Of a stretch of DNA of 23,505 nucleotides, positions 9,825 through 19,770 are shown piece after piece; position 1 is the stretch's first letter, and every line of letters starts with the position of its first letter. A model generated the notes under the pieces. That model did not search any database. It saw only the letters and a list, made by a program, of their open reading frames with translations, and was not told the origin of the DNA. A program made the translations under genes and the position numbers. This DNA is from Bdellovibrionota bacterium FG-1 (GTDB lineage: Bacteria; Bdellovibrionota; UBA1018): NCBI GenBank assembly GCA_051382295.1, contig JBBCAW010000046.1, forward strand, positions 1 through 23,505. Direction: 5' to 3'.

Positions 9825-11351
9825 ATGTGGTCTTTTGTTCCACAAGCCACGGTCGCGGCTGCTCTAGGTTTTGTGATTGCCGGAATCGGAGGCCCTGCCC
9901 GGGCGGATCCGACGGGGTCTCTTTTTGAGTATATCGAGGGCACCGGGCTCATTGATGCCGTGCTGCATCCCGTTGCCGTGGGTCTTGAGCCTTCGCCCCA
10001 AGTCGAAGGCAACGAGATGGGCGATGCCTTGGCTGAATTTTCGGATAAGAACGCGGCGATTCGTCAGCTTGAAAATTTGAAGGCCCAGAAAGGGGTTCGG
10101 GGAGGAAAAGTTTTCGCCGCTTTTCTCCTGGGTGGACGTCGTTCGGATGATGGCGCAGGAATGCTCAACCTTCGATGTGGGATTTCCTCATCCTCGAGTA
10201 ATGCTTGGTCTGAGATTCAAAGTGCGCAAACGGATGGGTTTTTTTATGGAGGTCTGGGGTGGTTTCATAATTTCAAAATCGCCGGACGATCTTCGCGGGT
10301 CCGCGCGATTGCCCGATGTTTGGCGCAATTGCCGGGAATGCCTTCTTTAAGACCGTCCCTACGCAAAATTCGCGGACTTTCAATTGACGAGAGTTCTTAT
10401 CAGTTGGGCGAAACATGGTTCAAGACCTGCCAGGGTGCGAATCCAAAATCCGCGGCGCCTGAGCAATATAAAAAAGCCTTTAGCTGTCTCGTGACTGCTG
10501 CAGCAGAGCAGATTCCTCAAGCAACCGAAGACTGGGTCATCATGAGGAGCTTCGTTGAGGAACAAACGGCTTACCGGCCGCCCACAAAATTTAGTTTGTC
10601 GGATCAGGGAAAAATCGAGGATGTTCCCCTGGGTCGGGTGGTTTTAGCGGTCACTCATCAGTCAGCGGTAAATTCCATGTGGAATAGCCGGCGGCTGGAT
10701 GCGTATTTTGGGATGTGGCCAACGGCTCATGCTGATTGGGGGCAAGCATTGGGGAGCCATTCTCAGAGTATCGAGGTGGGCACCAATCCGATGATGAGAA
10801 CGTTGCTGATGGCCTTTCGAGGTCCTGAGTCGGCAACCTATAATCCCTTTCTGCTTCCAACAGACGATATTTTAGGCGCCGCAAAAAAACTCACTGAGGT
10901 GAGCCAGCAGTGTGCAAAAATGGCCGGTCTTTTGCCTAACGACGGTTCTTGTGCAGATCTGGGAATTATCATCCCTGAGAAACCGAAGCCGAAACCCGCC
11001 TATGGGGTAAGGTCAGCGCCGCAAATAGATCCAAATGTTTGCGAGCCTTGCCGAAATGCGAAAAATATTGAAGAGCTTTTAGAAAAAATTCGAGGTGCTG
11101 ACCGACAGGTCAAAATAATTGCTCTTCTGAATCTCGGATTTGAGCTTAAAAGAGATTCGAGTGCCCCCGAGGAGCTGCTTCAGGCGTTACAGGATTCCAG
11201 CCCAGAAATAAGGCGGATGGCCTTGAGAGCTGTTTCTATTTCTAAAATCCGAGATCCAAAAATTACTCCATTAATTCAGGCACTTAAAAAAGACACTGAT
11301 CCTATCATTGCGGGATTGGCATCTCTGACTTTGGATGTGATCAGTCGATAA
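9825..11351 (+). CDS. Exported hypothetical protein with C-terminal HEAT-like repeats
   Basis: Signal-like N-terminus ending ARA. The C-terminal 'LLQALQDSSPEIRRMALRA' and 'LIQALKKDTDPII' are HEAT/PBS-lyase-like repeats. Confidence 0.55.
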   Translation: MWSFVPQATVAAALGFVIAGIGGPARADPTGSLFEYIEGTGLIDAVLHPVAVGLEPSPQVEGNEMGDALAEFSDKNAAIRQLENLKAQKGVRGGKVFAAFLLGGRRSDDGAGMLNLRCGISSSSSNAWSEIQSAQTDGFFYGGLGWFHNFKIAGRSSRVRAIARCLAQLPGMPSLRPSLRKIRGLSIDESSYQLGETWFKTCQGANPKSAAPEQYKKAFSCLVTAAAEQIPQATEDWVIMRSFVEEQTAYRPPTKFSLSDQGKIEDVPLGRVVLAVTHQSAVNSMWNSRRLDAYFGMWPTAHADWGQALGSHSQSIEVGTNPMMRTLLMAFRGPESATYNPFLLPTDDILGAAKKLTEVSQQCAKMAGLLPNDGSCADLGIIIPEKPKPKPAYGVRSAPQIDPNVCEPCRNAKNIEELLEKIRGADRQVKIIALLNLGFELKRDSSAPEELLQALQDSSPEIRRMALRAVSISKIRDPKITPLIQALKKDTDPIIAGLASLTLDVISR

Positions 11352-11410
11352 GGTTGACTCAGTGAGTTAATGCTTGAGAGTTGAAGTCGGGTGGGGTATC
11401 GAAGGCCCAT

Positions 11411-12367
11411 ATGCGGATGAGAGATTGGGTCCTTCTTTCTGGAAACGCTAATCGTCCTTTAGCTCTTAAGATCTGCGAGAAGCTCGGAAAGCCGCTGGGT
11501 CATGCCGAGGTTCGCCGTTTTAGTGATGGCGAAGTCTTTGTTGAGATTAAGGAAAATGTCCGTGGTCGCGATGTCTATGTCATTCAGAGCACCTGCCGCC
11601 CAGTCAATGACACCTTGATGGAACTCCTCATCATGATCGATGCGCTCAAAAGAGCCAGCGCGAAGGAAATTACGGCTGTGATTCCTTATTTCGGGTATGG
11701 GCGACAGGATCGCAAAGTCGCGCCCAGAACCCCGATTAGCGCAAAACTGACCGCCGACTTGATTACCGCTGCGGGTGCCACTCGCGTCGTTTCTATGGAT
11801 CTTCATGCCGGACAGATTCAAGGTTTTTTTAACATTCCGTTCGATAATCTTTTTGCATCGCCTGTGATGCTTCAACATATCCGAAAAGAACTCTCCGAAA
11901 AGCTGGGCTCTCAGTTGGTCGTGGTGAGCCCTGATGCGGGTGGGGTGGAGCGCGCTCGTGCGATCGCCAAGCGATTGGATGCTTCGGTGGCGATGATTGA
12001 TAAACGCCGAACAGGTCCTAACGTGGCAAAGGCGATGAACATCGTTGGGGATGTCGAAGATAAGGTCGCCATCATTTTGGATGATATGATCGATACGGCG
12101 GGTACGTTGACAGAGGCGGTTGGCGCGGTATTGGATCATGGCGCAAAAAAGGTCTACGCGGCGGCGACCCATGGTGTGCTTTCGGGTGCAGCCATAGATC
12201 GGATTATGGCTTCTAAGATCGAACAGGTGCTTGTGACCGACACGATCCCGCTTTCGCCCGAAGCTGAGCGGTGCGGTAAAATTACCCAGCTATCGGTGGC
12301 TGACCTTTTAGCTGAGGCAATATATCGTATTCATAGTTACGACAGCGTCAGCAGTTTGTTCATGTGA
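11411..12367 (+). CDS. prs: Ribose-phosphate pyrophosphokinase
   Basis: Motifs 'FSDGE', '[11 protein letters not shown]', '[11 protein letters not shown]', '[11 protein letters not shown]' and the PRPP loop 'DDMIDTAGT'. The start may be 11411 or 11417. Confidence 0.98.
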   Translation: MRMRDWVLLSGNANRPLALKICEKLGKPLGHAEVRRFSDGEVFVEIKENVRGRDVYVIQSTCRPVNDTLMELLIMIDALKRASAKEITAVIPYFGYGRQDRKVAPRTPISAKLTADLITAAGATRVVSMDLHAGQIQGFFNIPFDNLFASPVMLQHIRKELSEKLGSQLVVVSPDAGGVERARAIAKRLDASVAMIDKRRTGPNVAKAMNIVGDVEDKVAIILDDMIDTAGTLTEAVGAVLDHGAKKVYAAATHGVLSGAAIDRIMASKIEQVLVTDTIPLSPEAERCGKITQLSVADLLAEAIYRIHSYDSVSSLFM

Positions 12368-12371
12368 CCCC

Positions 12372-12956
12372 ATGAAGTTAGTTGTTGGATTGGGTAACCC
12401 TGGACCGAAATACGAGACGACTCGGCATAACGCCGGGTTTCTTGCGTTGGATTATTTGGTCGATGCCTGGAAGGCCACGGGACCTCAAGAGGTCCACGAA
12501 GGCCAGGTCTGGCAAGCCACGTTGAACGGTGAAAAGGTGCTTCTTTTAAAGCCCCTGACGTATATGAATAACTCTGGGAGTTGCGTGGCTCCGATTTTTA
12601 AATTTTATAAGCTCAAGCCAGACGACTTGGTTGTGATTCACGATGACTTGGATCTCAAGCTGAACGTCTTAAGGGTGAAGACCGGCGGCGGCACGGGTGG
12701 ACATAATGGTCTCAAATCCATGGATGCGCACCTCGGGGGGGGGCTGACGGCCTACCATCGGCTGCGAGTGGGAATCGGCCGTCCGGCTGCGGGCAATCCC
12801 ATGGAAGTCGTGGATTTTGTGCTTCAGCAGTATACCGATGAAGAGCTCCGTGGTTTCGAAGCGCTTTTGCCAAGTCTCTCGCAGGCGGCGCAGCGAGTGA
12901 TGTTAGGCGACGTAAAGGGCGCAATGACAGAATTTAACAGGGAAAAAAAGGAATAA
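12372..12956 (+). CDS. pth: Peptidyl-tRNA hydrolase
   Basis: Motifs 'LVVGLGNPG..Y..TRHNAGF', 'KPLTYMNNSG', 'HDDLD' and 'GGHNGLKS'. Confidence 0.98.
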   Translation: MKLVVGLGNPGPKYETTRHNAGFLALDYLVDAWKATGPQEVHEGQVWQATLNGEKVLLLKPLTYMNNSGSCVAPIFKFYKLKPDDLVVIHDDLDLKLNVLRVKTGGGTGGHNGLKSMDAHLGGGLTAYHRLRVGIGRPAAGNPMEVVDFVLQQYTDEELRGFEALLPSLSQAAQRVMLGDVKGAMTEFNREKKE

Positions 12957-12961
12957 TTGAT

Positions 12962-14062
12962 ATGGGTGTTGCTTGTGGAATTGTGGGTCTTCCGAATGTG
13001 GGCAAGTCGACGATTTTTAATGCGCTGACTTCGGCCAAGGCTGAGGCTGCCAATTACCCCTTTTGCACGATCGACCCGAACACTGGCATTGTTAAAGTAC
13101 CAGATCCTCGGATGACGATGATTCAAAAATATATTCCGACGGATAAAATAGTGCCCGCGGACATGACTTTTGTGGACATCGCGGGCTTGGTCAAAGGGGC
13201 GTCCAAAGGCGAGGGGTTAGGTAACCAGTTTTTAGGACACATTCGTGAGACAGATGCGATCGCCCACGTGGTTCGTTGTTTTAGTGATCCTAACGTCATT
13301 CATGTGGATGGCTCGGTCAATCCGGAGCGGGATATTTCGGTCATTGATACTGAGCTCATGTTTGCGGATTTAGATACCTTGAATAAACGTTATAACTCTC
13401 TCCAAAAACAAGCCCGTACCGGAGATAAGAAATCTGCGGCGATTATGGGCATTTTGGATCCCGTTAAAGCTGCCCTTGAACGCGGCATGCCAGTTCGCTC
13501 GTTAAAGCTTTCTGAAGATGATTTGGCGTTGATTCATGACTTCCATTTTATTACAGCCAAAAAGGTCATGTACGTTTGTAACGTGGACGATGAGGACATT
13601 GGTGCGGCCGAGCCGAATCCTTTCGTGAAAAAGGTCATGGAAATCGCTGAAAAAGAAGGTTCGAAAGTTGTTCAGATTTGCGGAAAAATCGAATCTGAAA
13701 TTGCGGAGCTTCCGGAAGAAGAAAAGACATCGTTTCTCAAAGAAATGGGGATGAATGAGCCTGGATTGAACCGCGTGATTCGTGCTGGTTATGATCTCCT
13801 AGGTTTGGAGACTTATTTTACGGCGGGTCAAATCGAGGTTCGAGCTTGGACGATTCATAAGGGTTGGAAAGCCCCACAAGCGGCGGGTGTGATTCATACT
13901 GATTTTGAAAAAGGTTTCATCAAAGCTGAAGTGTTCAGTTTTGATGATTTGATGAAGTACAAATCCGAGTCAGCGATTCGTGATGCGGGTGCGCTTCGAC
14001 TTGAAGGTAAGGAATATGTTGTACGGGACGGCGATATCATGCATTTCCGTTTCGCGGTTTAA
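12962..14062 (+). CDS. ychF: Redox-regulated ATPase YchF (Obg family)
   Basis: Motifs 'GIVGLPNVGKST', 'ANYPFCTIDPN', 'DIAGLVKGASKGEGLGNQFL' and C-terminal 'EGKEYVVRDGD'. Confidence 0.98.
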   Translation: MGVACGIVGLPNVGKSTIFNALTSAKAEAANYPFCTIDPNTGIVKVPDPRMTMIQKYIPTDKIVPADMTFVDIAGLVKGASKGEGLGNQFLGHIRETDAIAHVVRCFSDPNVIHVDGSVNPERDISVIDTELMFADLDTLNKRYNSLQKQARTGDKKSAAIMGILDPVKAALERGMPVRSLKLSEDDLALIHDFHFITAKKVMYVCNVDDEDIGAAEPNPFVKKVMEIAEKEGSKVVQICGKIESEIAELPEEEKTSFLKEMGMNEPGLNRVIRAGYDLLGLETYFTAGQIEVRAWTIHKGWKAPQAAGVIHTDFEKGFIKAEVFSFDDLMKYKSESAIRDAGALRLEGKEYVVRDGDIMHFRFAV

Positions 14063-14079
14063 CTAGCAAGGAGTCAATT

Positions 14080-14508
14080 ATGCGTTCTGTATTTGTCGCG
14101 GCAGTTTTGGGTTTAGTGTTCAGTTTTCCGGCTTCCGCGGATTCAATTCCAGTATTGCATTATGCGGCTTACGATGATTATGCCGGCTACCGGTATATCG
14201 TGGACACAGCCAAAGGAGCCGCCTCGCTTCAAGTGAGTTTTACTGAAGTGCAACCGACCGACACCACGCCCATGCATGGCTCCCCTTTTGTTCGGCATAC
14301 CTTTGATGCGACTGTCCCTGGAATGTCCTTTGACACCGCTGCTTCTCAAATTATTTTTATGGGCCAAGTGGGCAAAGTGGTTTGTGCCACGGTGACCGAA
14401 AAACACACGGTTTTTGGGACCAAGCTGATGATTAGGCCGACAGGTTCATGTGATGCACGAGTTAAGCGCGATGTCAGTGGCATCACTGTTGTATTTGAAG
14501 CTAAGTAA
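14080..14508 (+). CDS. Secreted hypothetical beta-rich protein
   Basis: AGGAG RBS, signal peptide ending 'PASA', two Cys, and a stop overlapping the next start (TAATG). Confidence 0.65.
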   Translation: MRSVFVAAVLGLVFSFPASADSIPVLHYAAYDDYAGYRYIVDTAKGAASLQVSFTEVQPTDTTPMHGSPFVRHTFDATVPGMSFDTAASQIIFMGQVGKVVCATVTEKHTVFGTKLMIRPTGSCDARVKRDVSGITVVFEAK

Positions 14509-14984
14509 TGAATATCTTCGATTTCAGTTTGAAGACGGCGGACGGCAAGGATACGACGCTTGCTCCTTACAAAGGTAAGGCACTTTTGGTTGTGAATGTT
14601 GCCAGCAAATGCGGTTTCACGGCGCAATACGCAGGTCTTCAAAAGCTTTATGAAAAATACCAGGACCGAGGTTTGATGGTATTAGGCTTTCCCTGTAATC
14701 AGTTTGGCGGACAGGAGCCTGGAAGCGATTCAGAAATCCAGAGCTTTTGTCAGCTGAACTTTGGCGTCACCTTTCCGGTTTTTTCAAAGATTGATGTCAA
14801 TGGGGAGACCGCCCATCCGCTTTATCAATTTCTCAAGAAAGAAGAGCCAGGGATTTTTGGGACCGAGGGGATCAAATGGAATTTTACAAAATTCTTAATT
14901 TCACGCGAAGGTAAAGTGCTCAAGCGCTTTGCTTCGAATGTTACCCCCCGTGATCTTGAAAAGGAAATCGAAGCCGCGCTTTAA
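14508..14984 (+). CDS. Glutathione peroxidase family protein (Cys type, BtuE-like)
   Basis: Motifs '[10 protein letters not shown]', '[14 protein letters not shown]' and 'KWNFTKFL'. Confidence 0.95.
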   Translation: MNIFDFSLKTADGKDTTLAPYKGKALLVVNVASKCGFTAQYAGLQKLYEKYQDRGLMVLGFPCNQFGGQEPGSDSEIQSFCQLNFGVTFPVFSKIDVNGETAHPLYQFLKKEEPGIFGTEGIKWNFTKFLISREGKVLKRFASNVTPRDLEKEIEAAL

Positions 14985-17188
14985 GGTGTTGAAGTGGGGG
15001 TGGGCGAGGGCGCGGGTCCTTGTAACCCCCAAAAAAAGGTCAACGGCTTGGTAGGCTCTTCTGGATTGAGTTTGCGAGAATACCAATAATAATTGCGAAC
15101 AATCGCCGCTACGTATTCACGGGTTTCTTTATACGGAATGGTTTCGATAAATTCGGCCAGGCTTCGTTTTTGCCCGTTTTCTTTGTACCAGCGGTCTGCA
15201 GCATTCGGACCCGCGTTATAACCCGCGAGGGCGAGGGCAAGATTGCCGTTAAAGCGCGTGAGGAGCTGTTTGAGATATTGGGTGCCTACGCGAATATTGG
15301 TATCGGGGTCGAGAAGGTCGGCCCTTTCGACGGAATCATCGGTATCCGTGGCTGTGGCAGGCATGAGCTGCATGAGTCCAGTGGCGCCGACACTGGAGCC
15401 CGCCGTCGAATCAAAGGCGGATTCTTGCTTGATGAGGCTCAATATCAAAATGGGGTCTAGGGCATTGACCTCAGCGTATTTGCGAATCAGCTCAAAGTGA
15501 GCCAATGGAAAAACGAGGTTCAAAAAGGCCCCTGAAAGGGAGCCCTCGTAACCGCGCTGAATGAGATCTCCCAAAATTGAAAAGGCCGTTGAGTAATTTC
15601 CAGCGCGCTCATTGATGGCGGCTAGGTACATCAAAAATGGGCTAGAAAGGGCGTGCCTTGCTTTGAAATCCTTGAGTTCCATGGCGGCAAGATCTTTGGC
15701 ATCCGCTGACAAAAGTTCTTCAGCGCGTGTGATTCGAAGTGACTCCTGAGGCAGAAGAAGGGGGTCCCGCTCAACGGCCAAGGGTTCGGTGGCGGAAATG
15801 GGGCTATCCATGTTCTGCTTCGAGGCAAAGCCCGCAAGCAGACCATAATAAGAAAGCGGAGAATCGTGGTGGAGGTCTTCGTATGATTTTCGAACTTTCT
15901 CGGCGTCTTGTTCGTGGGTGAGGGCTTCAGCGAGCCAATAGCGCGCGCGGAACCGATAGGAAGATTTAGGAAATTCGTCCACAAATTGGCGCAGTCCCTT
16001 AACGGCAGCGCCATATTTGCCTTCCAGAAAAAGTACCATTTGTGCATCGAAGGCGGTTTGGTCCAGGTCGGGAGCCTTGTAGGATTGGGTTTGTTGGGTG
16101 TAGAGGGCTGGTTTAGGTCTGTTGGCTGCTTCTGGAAAAGCTTTCAGAACGGCCCGCATTTCCTGGGATTGTCGCGGATAGATCGAAGCAAAACGTCCAA
16201 TCCAGGCACTGCAAAACTCGCCCGGTTTCTGTGCGCAGGCTTCTGCATAGTGCAGGAGGGTGTCGGGTCTGACGAGATTGAGTGCGTTTGAGAGCGAGAG
16301 TCGCTGAAAGCCTCGCTCAAAAGCAGAAAGCGCTGGAGCCCGTTTTTTGCTGAGGCTAAGCGCATCGCCTTGCAGGAGTTCCGCTAAGCCGATATCCCGA
16401 GGGACGCTCTTGAGCATCGGAGAATAGGGGCTCGAAGCCACGATTCGGAGCGAGTTTTCGACGGATTTTTGAGCGGACTTGATTGCCTCTGGAAATACTT
16501 TGTTGAGAAGTTCGCTCTGCGCCTTCCCTAAATAGGCTTGCGCGAGGATCCAATTTTTATAATCTACAAACTGAGAATCTTTGAGGCGAGAAATGAATTG
16601 AATAGACGCGGCGAATTTTTTTTCTTTCAACGTTTGGTAGGCGTTCTTGAGTGTTTTGGCACTTTTTGTAGGGGTCCTTTGAGTCAGTTCCGCTTGAATA
16701 ACGTCCAAACCGCGCGGGGCACCTGCTTGCGCATCCGTGTTCAGTAAAACCGCCAAACTCAGCCAAACGGTAATGAGCGGGGTACTTCGAAGTTTCTTGA
16801 GAGCTGCTGCGCACAAGCCGAGCGATTTCCAGGAGCAAGGGGCACAAGCCTGGTCAAAAGCAGCATCGGTCATTTTTTCGTGAATCAATTTTTTGCCCTC
16901 AAGCCAAGTGAGCTCCTGGCCCGGTTTTAATCCCAGAACTGCGCTATGCCCTTCATCGAGCTTCTGAATCTTAGTCTGGGTTACACAAAGGTCCCCCTGT
17001 CGATTGGGGCAGGGTTTGCAGACCGTGTCGGTTCCGGGGACGACCCGGATGGGGATTGAGTTGCCCGAACCATCGGGCGCTCGCAAACGGCGGGTGATTT
17101 GCACGTAGTTTTGCACAAATTCGTCAGAATAGCCGTTGCCCTCGAAGCCAAGGCTGCAAAGAAAGTGATGGGGTCTGAATTCGAGCAT
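14981..17188 (-). CDS. Soluble lytic murein transglycosylase (Slt-like, TPR/helical) with N-terminal DUF1284-like domain
   Basis: C-terminal SLT motifs 'IKQES', 'GLMQLMP', 'AGYNAG' and 'ETREYV'. TPR-like '[20 protein letters not shown]'. The N-terminal 'RPHHFLC...GYS...DTVCKPCP...CAPCSW...C' matches DUF1284. Confidence 0.85.
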   Translation of the reverse strand: MLEFRPHHFLCSLGFEGNGYSDEFVQNYVQITRRLRAPDGSGNSIPIRVVPGTDTVCKPCPNRQGDLCVTQTKIQKLDEGHSAVLGLKPGQELTWLEGKKLIHEKMTDAAFDQACAPCSWKSLGLCAAALKKLRSTPLITVWLSLAVLLNTDAQAGAPRGLDVIQAELTQRTPTKSAKTLKNAYQTLKEKKFAASIQFISRLKDSQFVDYKNWILAQAYLGKAQSELLNKVFPEAIKSAQKSVENSLRIVASSPYSPMLKSVPRDIGLAELLQGDALSLSKKRAPALSAFERGFQRLSLSNALNLVRPDTLLHYAEACAQKPGEFCSAWIGRFASIYPRQSQEMRAVLKAFPEAANRPKPALYTQQTQSYKAPDLDQTAFDAQMVLFLEGKYGAAVKGLRQFVDEFPKSSYRFRARYWLAEALTHEQDAEKVRKSYEDLHHDSPLSYYGLLAGFASKQNMDSPISATEPLAVERDPLLLPQESLRITRAEELLSADAKDLAAMELKDFKARHALSSPFLMYLAAINERAGNYSTAFSILGDLIQRGYEGSLSGAFLNLVFPLAHFELIRKYAEVNALDPILILSLIKQESAFDSTAGSSVGATGLMQLMPATATDTDDSVERADLLDPDTNIRVGTQYLKQLLTRFNGNLALALAGYNAGPNAADRWYKENGQKRSLAEFIETIPYKETREYVAAIVRNYYWYSRKLNPEEPTKPLTFFWGLQGPAPSPTPTSTP

Positions 17189-17211
17189 GCGCCAAAATAC
17201 CTCGAAAGGAC

Positions 17212-17787
17212 CTACGGCCGCAAGGAGCGTAAATGGGCGATGGCTTTTTCGAGGTGGGGACGAACGTCGGGCGCTACACCGGGCAGTGCTCGCTCGATTT
17301 CGACAACGGCGTTCTCGTTCCTCGTTCTTATTGTGGCAATCATCTCATTGTATTGCTGGGCGATTTCCTGGAAGTGGTCTTTTTCTCGGAAAAAGAGTTC
17401 ATCTTTCAAATTTCCAGTTTTGGCTTGCTCAAAAAATTTGGAAAGTTTGTAAATCGGGCCCGCAATGCGGTGGGACATGAAAATGCTGATTAGGAAAGTG
17501 ACAATTAAAAAAGTGACCTGAAGAAAAGCGAGCAAAATCATGATTTGGTGGCGAGTGTCAAGGAGCGTTTGGATCGGGGGGCCATTCGGGTCGGCCGAGG
17601 CATAACGGACAAAAAAATCAAAAAGGCTGTAGACGATCAGCGGATAAACAAAGCTCAGCGCCAAGAGCCACGAGCAAACATAGAGCGAGAAGCGAAGTTG
17701 GAACTTCTTATTGATGAGAAAGATACTGCGCCGGTATGGGGGCATCCTTAGATTGTAATCTGGATTTCCCGAAGTTGGCAAAATCAT
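17212..17787 (-). CDS. Two-TM membrane protein with HAMP domain and no output domain
   Basis: 'RRSIFLINKKFQLRF' is followed by two hydrophobic helices and a HAMP-like 'SHRIAGPIYKL...REKDHFQEIAQQYNEM'. An alternative start exists at 17745. Confidence 0.7.
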   Translation of the reverse strand: MILPTSGNPDYNLRMPPYRRSIFLINKKFQLRFSLYVCSWLLALSFVYPLIVYSLFDFFVRYASADPNGPPIQTLLDTRHQIMILLAFLQVTFLIVTFLISIFMSHRIAGPIYKLSKFFEQAKTGNLKDELFFREKDHFQEIAQQYNEMIATIRTRNENAVVEIERALPGVAPDVRPHLEKAIAHLRSLRP

Positions 17788-17830
17788 AATCCCGTTAATC
17801 TTTTGGCGCAGGATGAGTCGGGGGCTTGGG

Positions 17831-18172
17831 TTAGTTATTCATCGGGAAGCGAGGAGACGCGGAACGGGTCCCCGCAAGCCCGAGAGGGCGATTCCGCCCC
17901 AAGGGGAGGACAGAGTCAACGCTCGCATGGGGCCTAGGGATGATGTGGACGGAAACCACCTGTCCGACCTTTTGAGCGGCCAGAGCTCCTGCCTCAATCG
18001 CTGTTTTTACAGCGGCAACATCACCACGAACGATGGCCGTGACGAAACCTCCGCCAACCCGTTCGTAGCCGACTAGCTCGACGTTGGCAGCTTTGAGCAT
18101 TGCATCCGCGGCTTCTACCATGCTGGCGAAACCGCGAGTTTCGATCATTCCAAGTGCTTCTGACATCCCCAT
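17831..18172 (-). CDS. Bacterial microcompartment hexamer shell protein (BMC-H, EutM/PduA/CcmK family)
   Basis: The sequence 'ALGMIETRG...[12 protein letters not shown]...[11 protein letters not shown]...HIIPRPH' is a canonical BMC domain, with an extra ~20 aa Arg/Pro-rich tail. Confidence 0.95.
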   Translation of the reverse strand: MGMSEALGMIETRGFASMVEAADAMLKAANVELVGYERVGGGFVTAIVRGDVAAVKTAIEAGALAAQKVGQVVSVHIIPRPHASVDSVLPLGRNRPLGLAGTRSASPRFPMNN

Positions 18173-18335
18173 TACCCTAATTTTTACCGGAGGGCTCAGA
18201 TAGCTGTTTTAGGCGGTAGAGTCAAGAAGATGCCGCTTAACGTGAGGTTGATAAAAAAAATCAAGCTAAGCATTTCTAGACAAAACTTCAACTTTCGATT
18301 AATTAACAAAGTACTGAGCCAAAACTCATTATTGT

Positions 18336-18410
18336 TCAGGAGTAGCTCAGTGGTAGAGCAGCCGGCTGTTAACCGGCTGGTCGTAGGTTCGAATCCTACC
18401 TCCTGAGCCA
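18336..18410 (+). tRNA. tRNA-Asn (anticodon GTT)
   Basis: Full cloverleaf: acceptor TCAGGAG/CTCCTGA, D arm GCTC/GAGC, anticodon stem GCCGG-CTGTTAA-CCGGC, T arm GTAGG-TTCGAAT-CCTAC, discriminator G and encoded CCA. Confidence 0.98.
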
Positions 18411-18420
18411 ATTATACACT

Positions 18421-18462
18421 AAGCCCTCAAGATCATTACTGATTTTGGGGGCTTTTTGTTTT
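18421..18462 (+). terminator. Intrinsic terminator downstream of tRNA-Asn
   Basis: AAGCCCTCAAGATCA-TTAC-TGATTTTGGGGGCTT forms a 15-bp stem with two G:U pairs, followed by TTTGTTTT. It overlaps the integrase stop codon on the other strand. Confidence 0.8.
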
Positions 18463-19770
18463 CACCCAGCCGTCACCCAGCGCCCCCCGATTTGAGTCCT
18501 GGTTTACTGGGAACAGCTCAACCACATTGGATCCGTGCAAACTCTCATTGTACGCACGAACGCCGGCCTGCTGAGTGGTGGCCGTGATCTTGGCGTAGTG
18601 ATCAGTTTGCCGTGACGTTCTGTGACCAAGCTGCCCCTGAAGCGCCGCTTTGTTTCCGGTGCGTTCAAGGAAGTCGGTCGAGTAGCTATGCCGCAGAATA
18701 TGAGTACTTTTCCACGACATCCCAAGTTTTCGGAACGCAGCTTGGTAGTGGTACTGGACTGAGCGATAGGGAATCGGGTTCAATCCGTCTGGACTAAAGA
18801 CCAGCCCCTTGGATCGACCACAACCGGCTGCCCACTTCCGCAGCACACCTAGCGCTCGACTCGAAAGAAAGACCACCCGTGATTCCCCTGTCTTCGTGAG
18901 GGGAGAGATCTGCGTCGCTCTTCCCTTCTTTCGTGACCACTGGACCGATCGACTTATAGACACCGCGCCAGTATCCCAGTCCAAGATGTCCTCGAACCGG
19001 ATTGCACAGGCCTCTCCGATTCGGGGTCCACCACCGAGCTGAAACTCTGCCACGATGTAAAAGACACGGCGACTCGGATCGCCCTGAGCCCGCCGCGCCA
19101 TCTCATCCAGGAAGGCCTCAAAGTCCTTTCGTGGGATGAAGTGGTGACGGTTTCGATCCAGGGATTGCCTGTAGCGGCCATGGTCAACGATCGCATCCTC
19201 CAGGTGACGTTTTTTCAGTGGAAGCTGATAGGAGTCATCTTCGTACTCGGAGTAATGCACCAGAATCTGCCTCAGCAACGACAACTCCGCATGGTAAGTC
19301 ATCCGACTTTTGTGCTGGAGCGCCAGATAATCCGGTTTCTTGATCGCGTCCAGCCAAGCATCGATTACCTTGGGTGTGATTTCGGCGACCTGGACCCGAT
19401 CAAAAAACCCCAGGTGCTTCGTGCAGGACTCATAGGTTTCATAGGTGGTCACCTCGAGTCGCCCTTTGGCACGTTCGAAGTATTTTCTGCGGGCATCAGC
19501 GAAGTTCATCCCGGTATGAGATTGATTGTCGTTAAAGACAAACGACGAGTTACGCCAGGCCTTTGCGTCGTCAAAACGCTCAAAGCATTTGGATTCCTGC
19601 TTTCCGCCGACCTTTTTATACCCATAATAACGCAAGCCCTCTGATCGTTGCAGGTACTTGCGCTTTTCTTGGTTCCAATCCCAGATTGTTGCTATGCCGG
19701 GATTGCCGCGTACGGTGATATAAACCAACGCCTTTCCTCGGTATATTTTCGGATTAAATGGATCATTCAT
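18436..19770 (-). CDS. Tyrosine recombinase / phage-type integrase
   Basis: Catalytic residues in the correct order: R (GPRIGE), K (LTKTG), HxxR (HILRH), H (LGH) and Y (DHYA). Confidence 0.95.
   Translation of the reverse strand: MNDPFNPKIYRGKALVYITVRGNPGIATIWDWNQEKRKYLQRSEGLRYYGYKKVGGKQESKCFERFDDAKAWRNSSFVFNDNQSHTGMNFADARRKYFERAKGRLEVTTYETYESCTKHLGFFDRVQVAEITPKVIDAWLDAIKKPDYLALQHKSRMTYHAELSLLRQILVHYSEYEDDSYQLPLKKRHLEDAIVDHGRYRQSLDRNRHHFIPRKDFEAFLDEMARRAQGDPSRRVFYIVAEFQLGGGPRIGEACAIRFEDILDWDTGAVSISRSVQWSRKKGRATQISPLTKTGESRVVFLSSRALGVLRKWAAGCGRSKGLVFSPDGLNPIPYRSVQYHYQAAFRKLGMSWKSTHILRHSYSTDFLERTGNKAALQGQLGHRTSRQTDHYAKITATTQQAGVRAYNESLHGSNVVELFPVNQDSNRGALGDGWVKTKSPQNQ
18462..18481. repeat. Direct repeat TCACCCAGC x2 (putative integrase arm-type sites)
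   Basis: Exact 9-mers at 18462-18470 and 18473-18481 (11-bp period), about 50 bp from the tRNA 3' end. Confidence 0.55.

Noticed and set aside
11459..12172. 237-aa minus-strand ORF
   Set aside because: Antisense shadow of prs.
14508..14984. Possible selenocysteine in the glutathione peroxidase
   Set aside because: The active-site codon is TGC (Cys) and there is no in-frame TGA.
18314..18322. CTGAGCCAA upstream of the tRNA, identical to the tRNA 3' end (18403-18411)
   Set aside because: It is only 9 bp and on the wrong side of the tRNA to be the element's att duplicate; chance cannot be excluded.
18196..18411. 71-aa ORF starting MAQEVGFEPTT
   Set aside because: This is the reverse-complement translation of tRNA-Asn, a common artefact.
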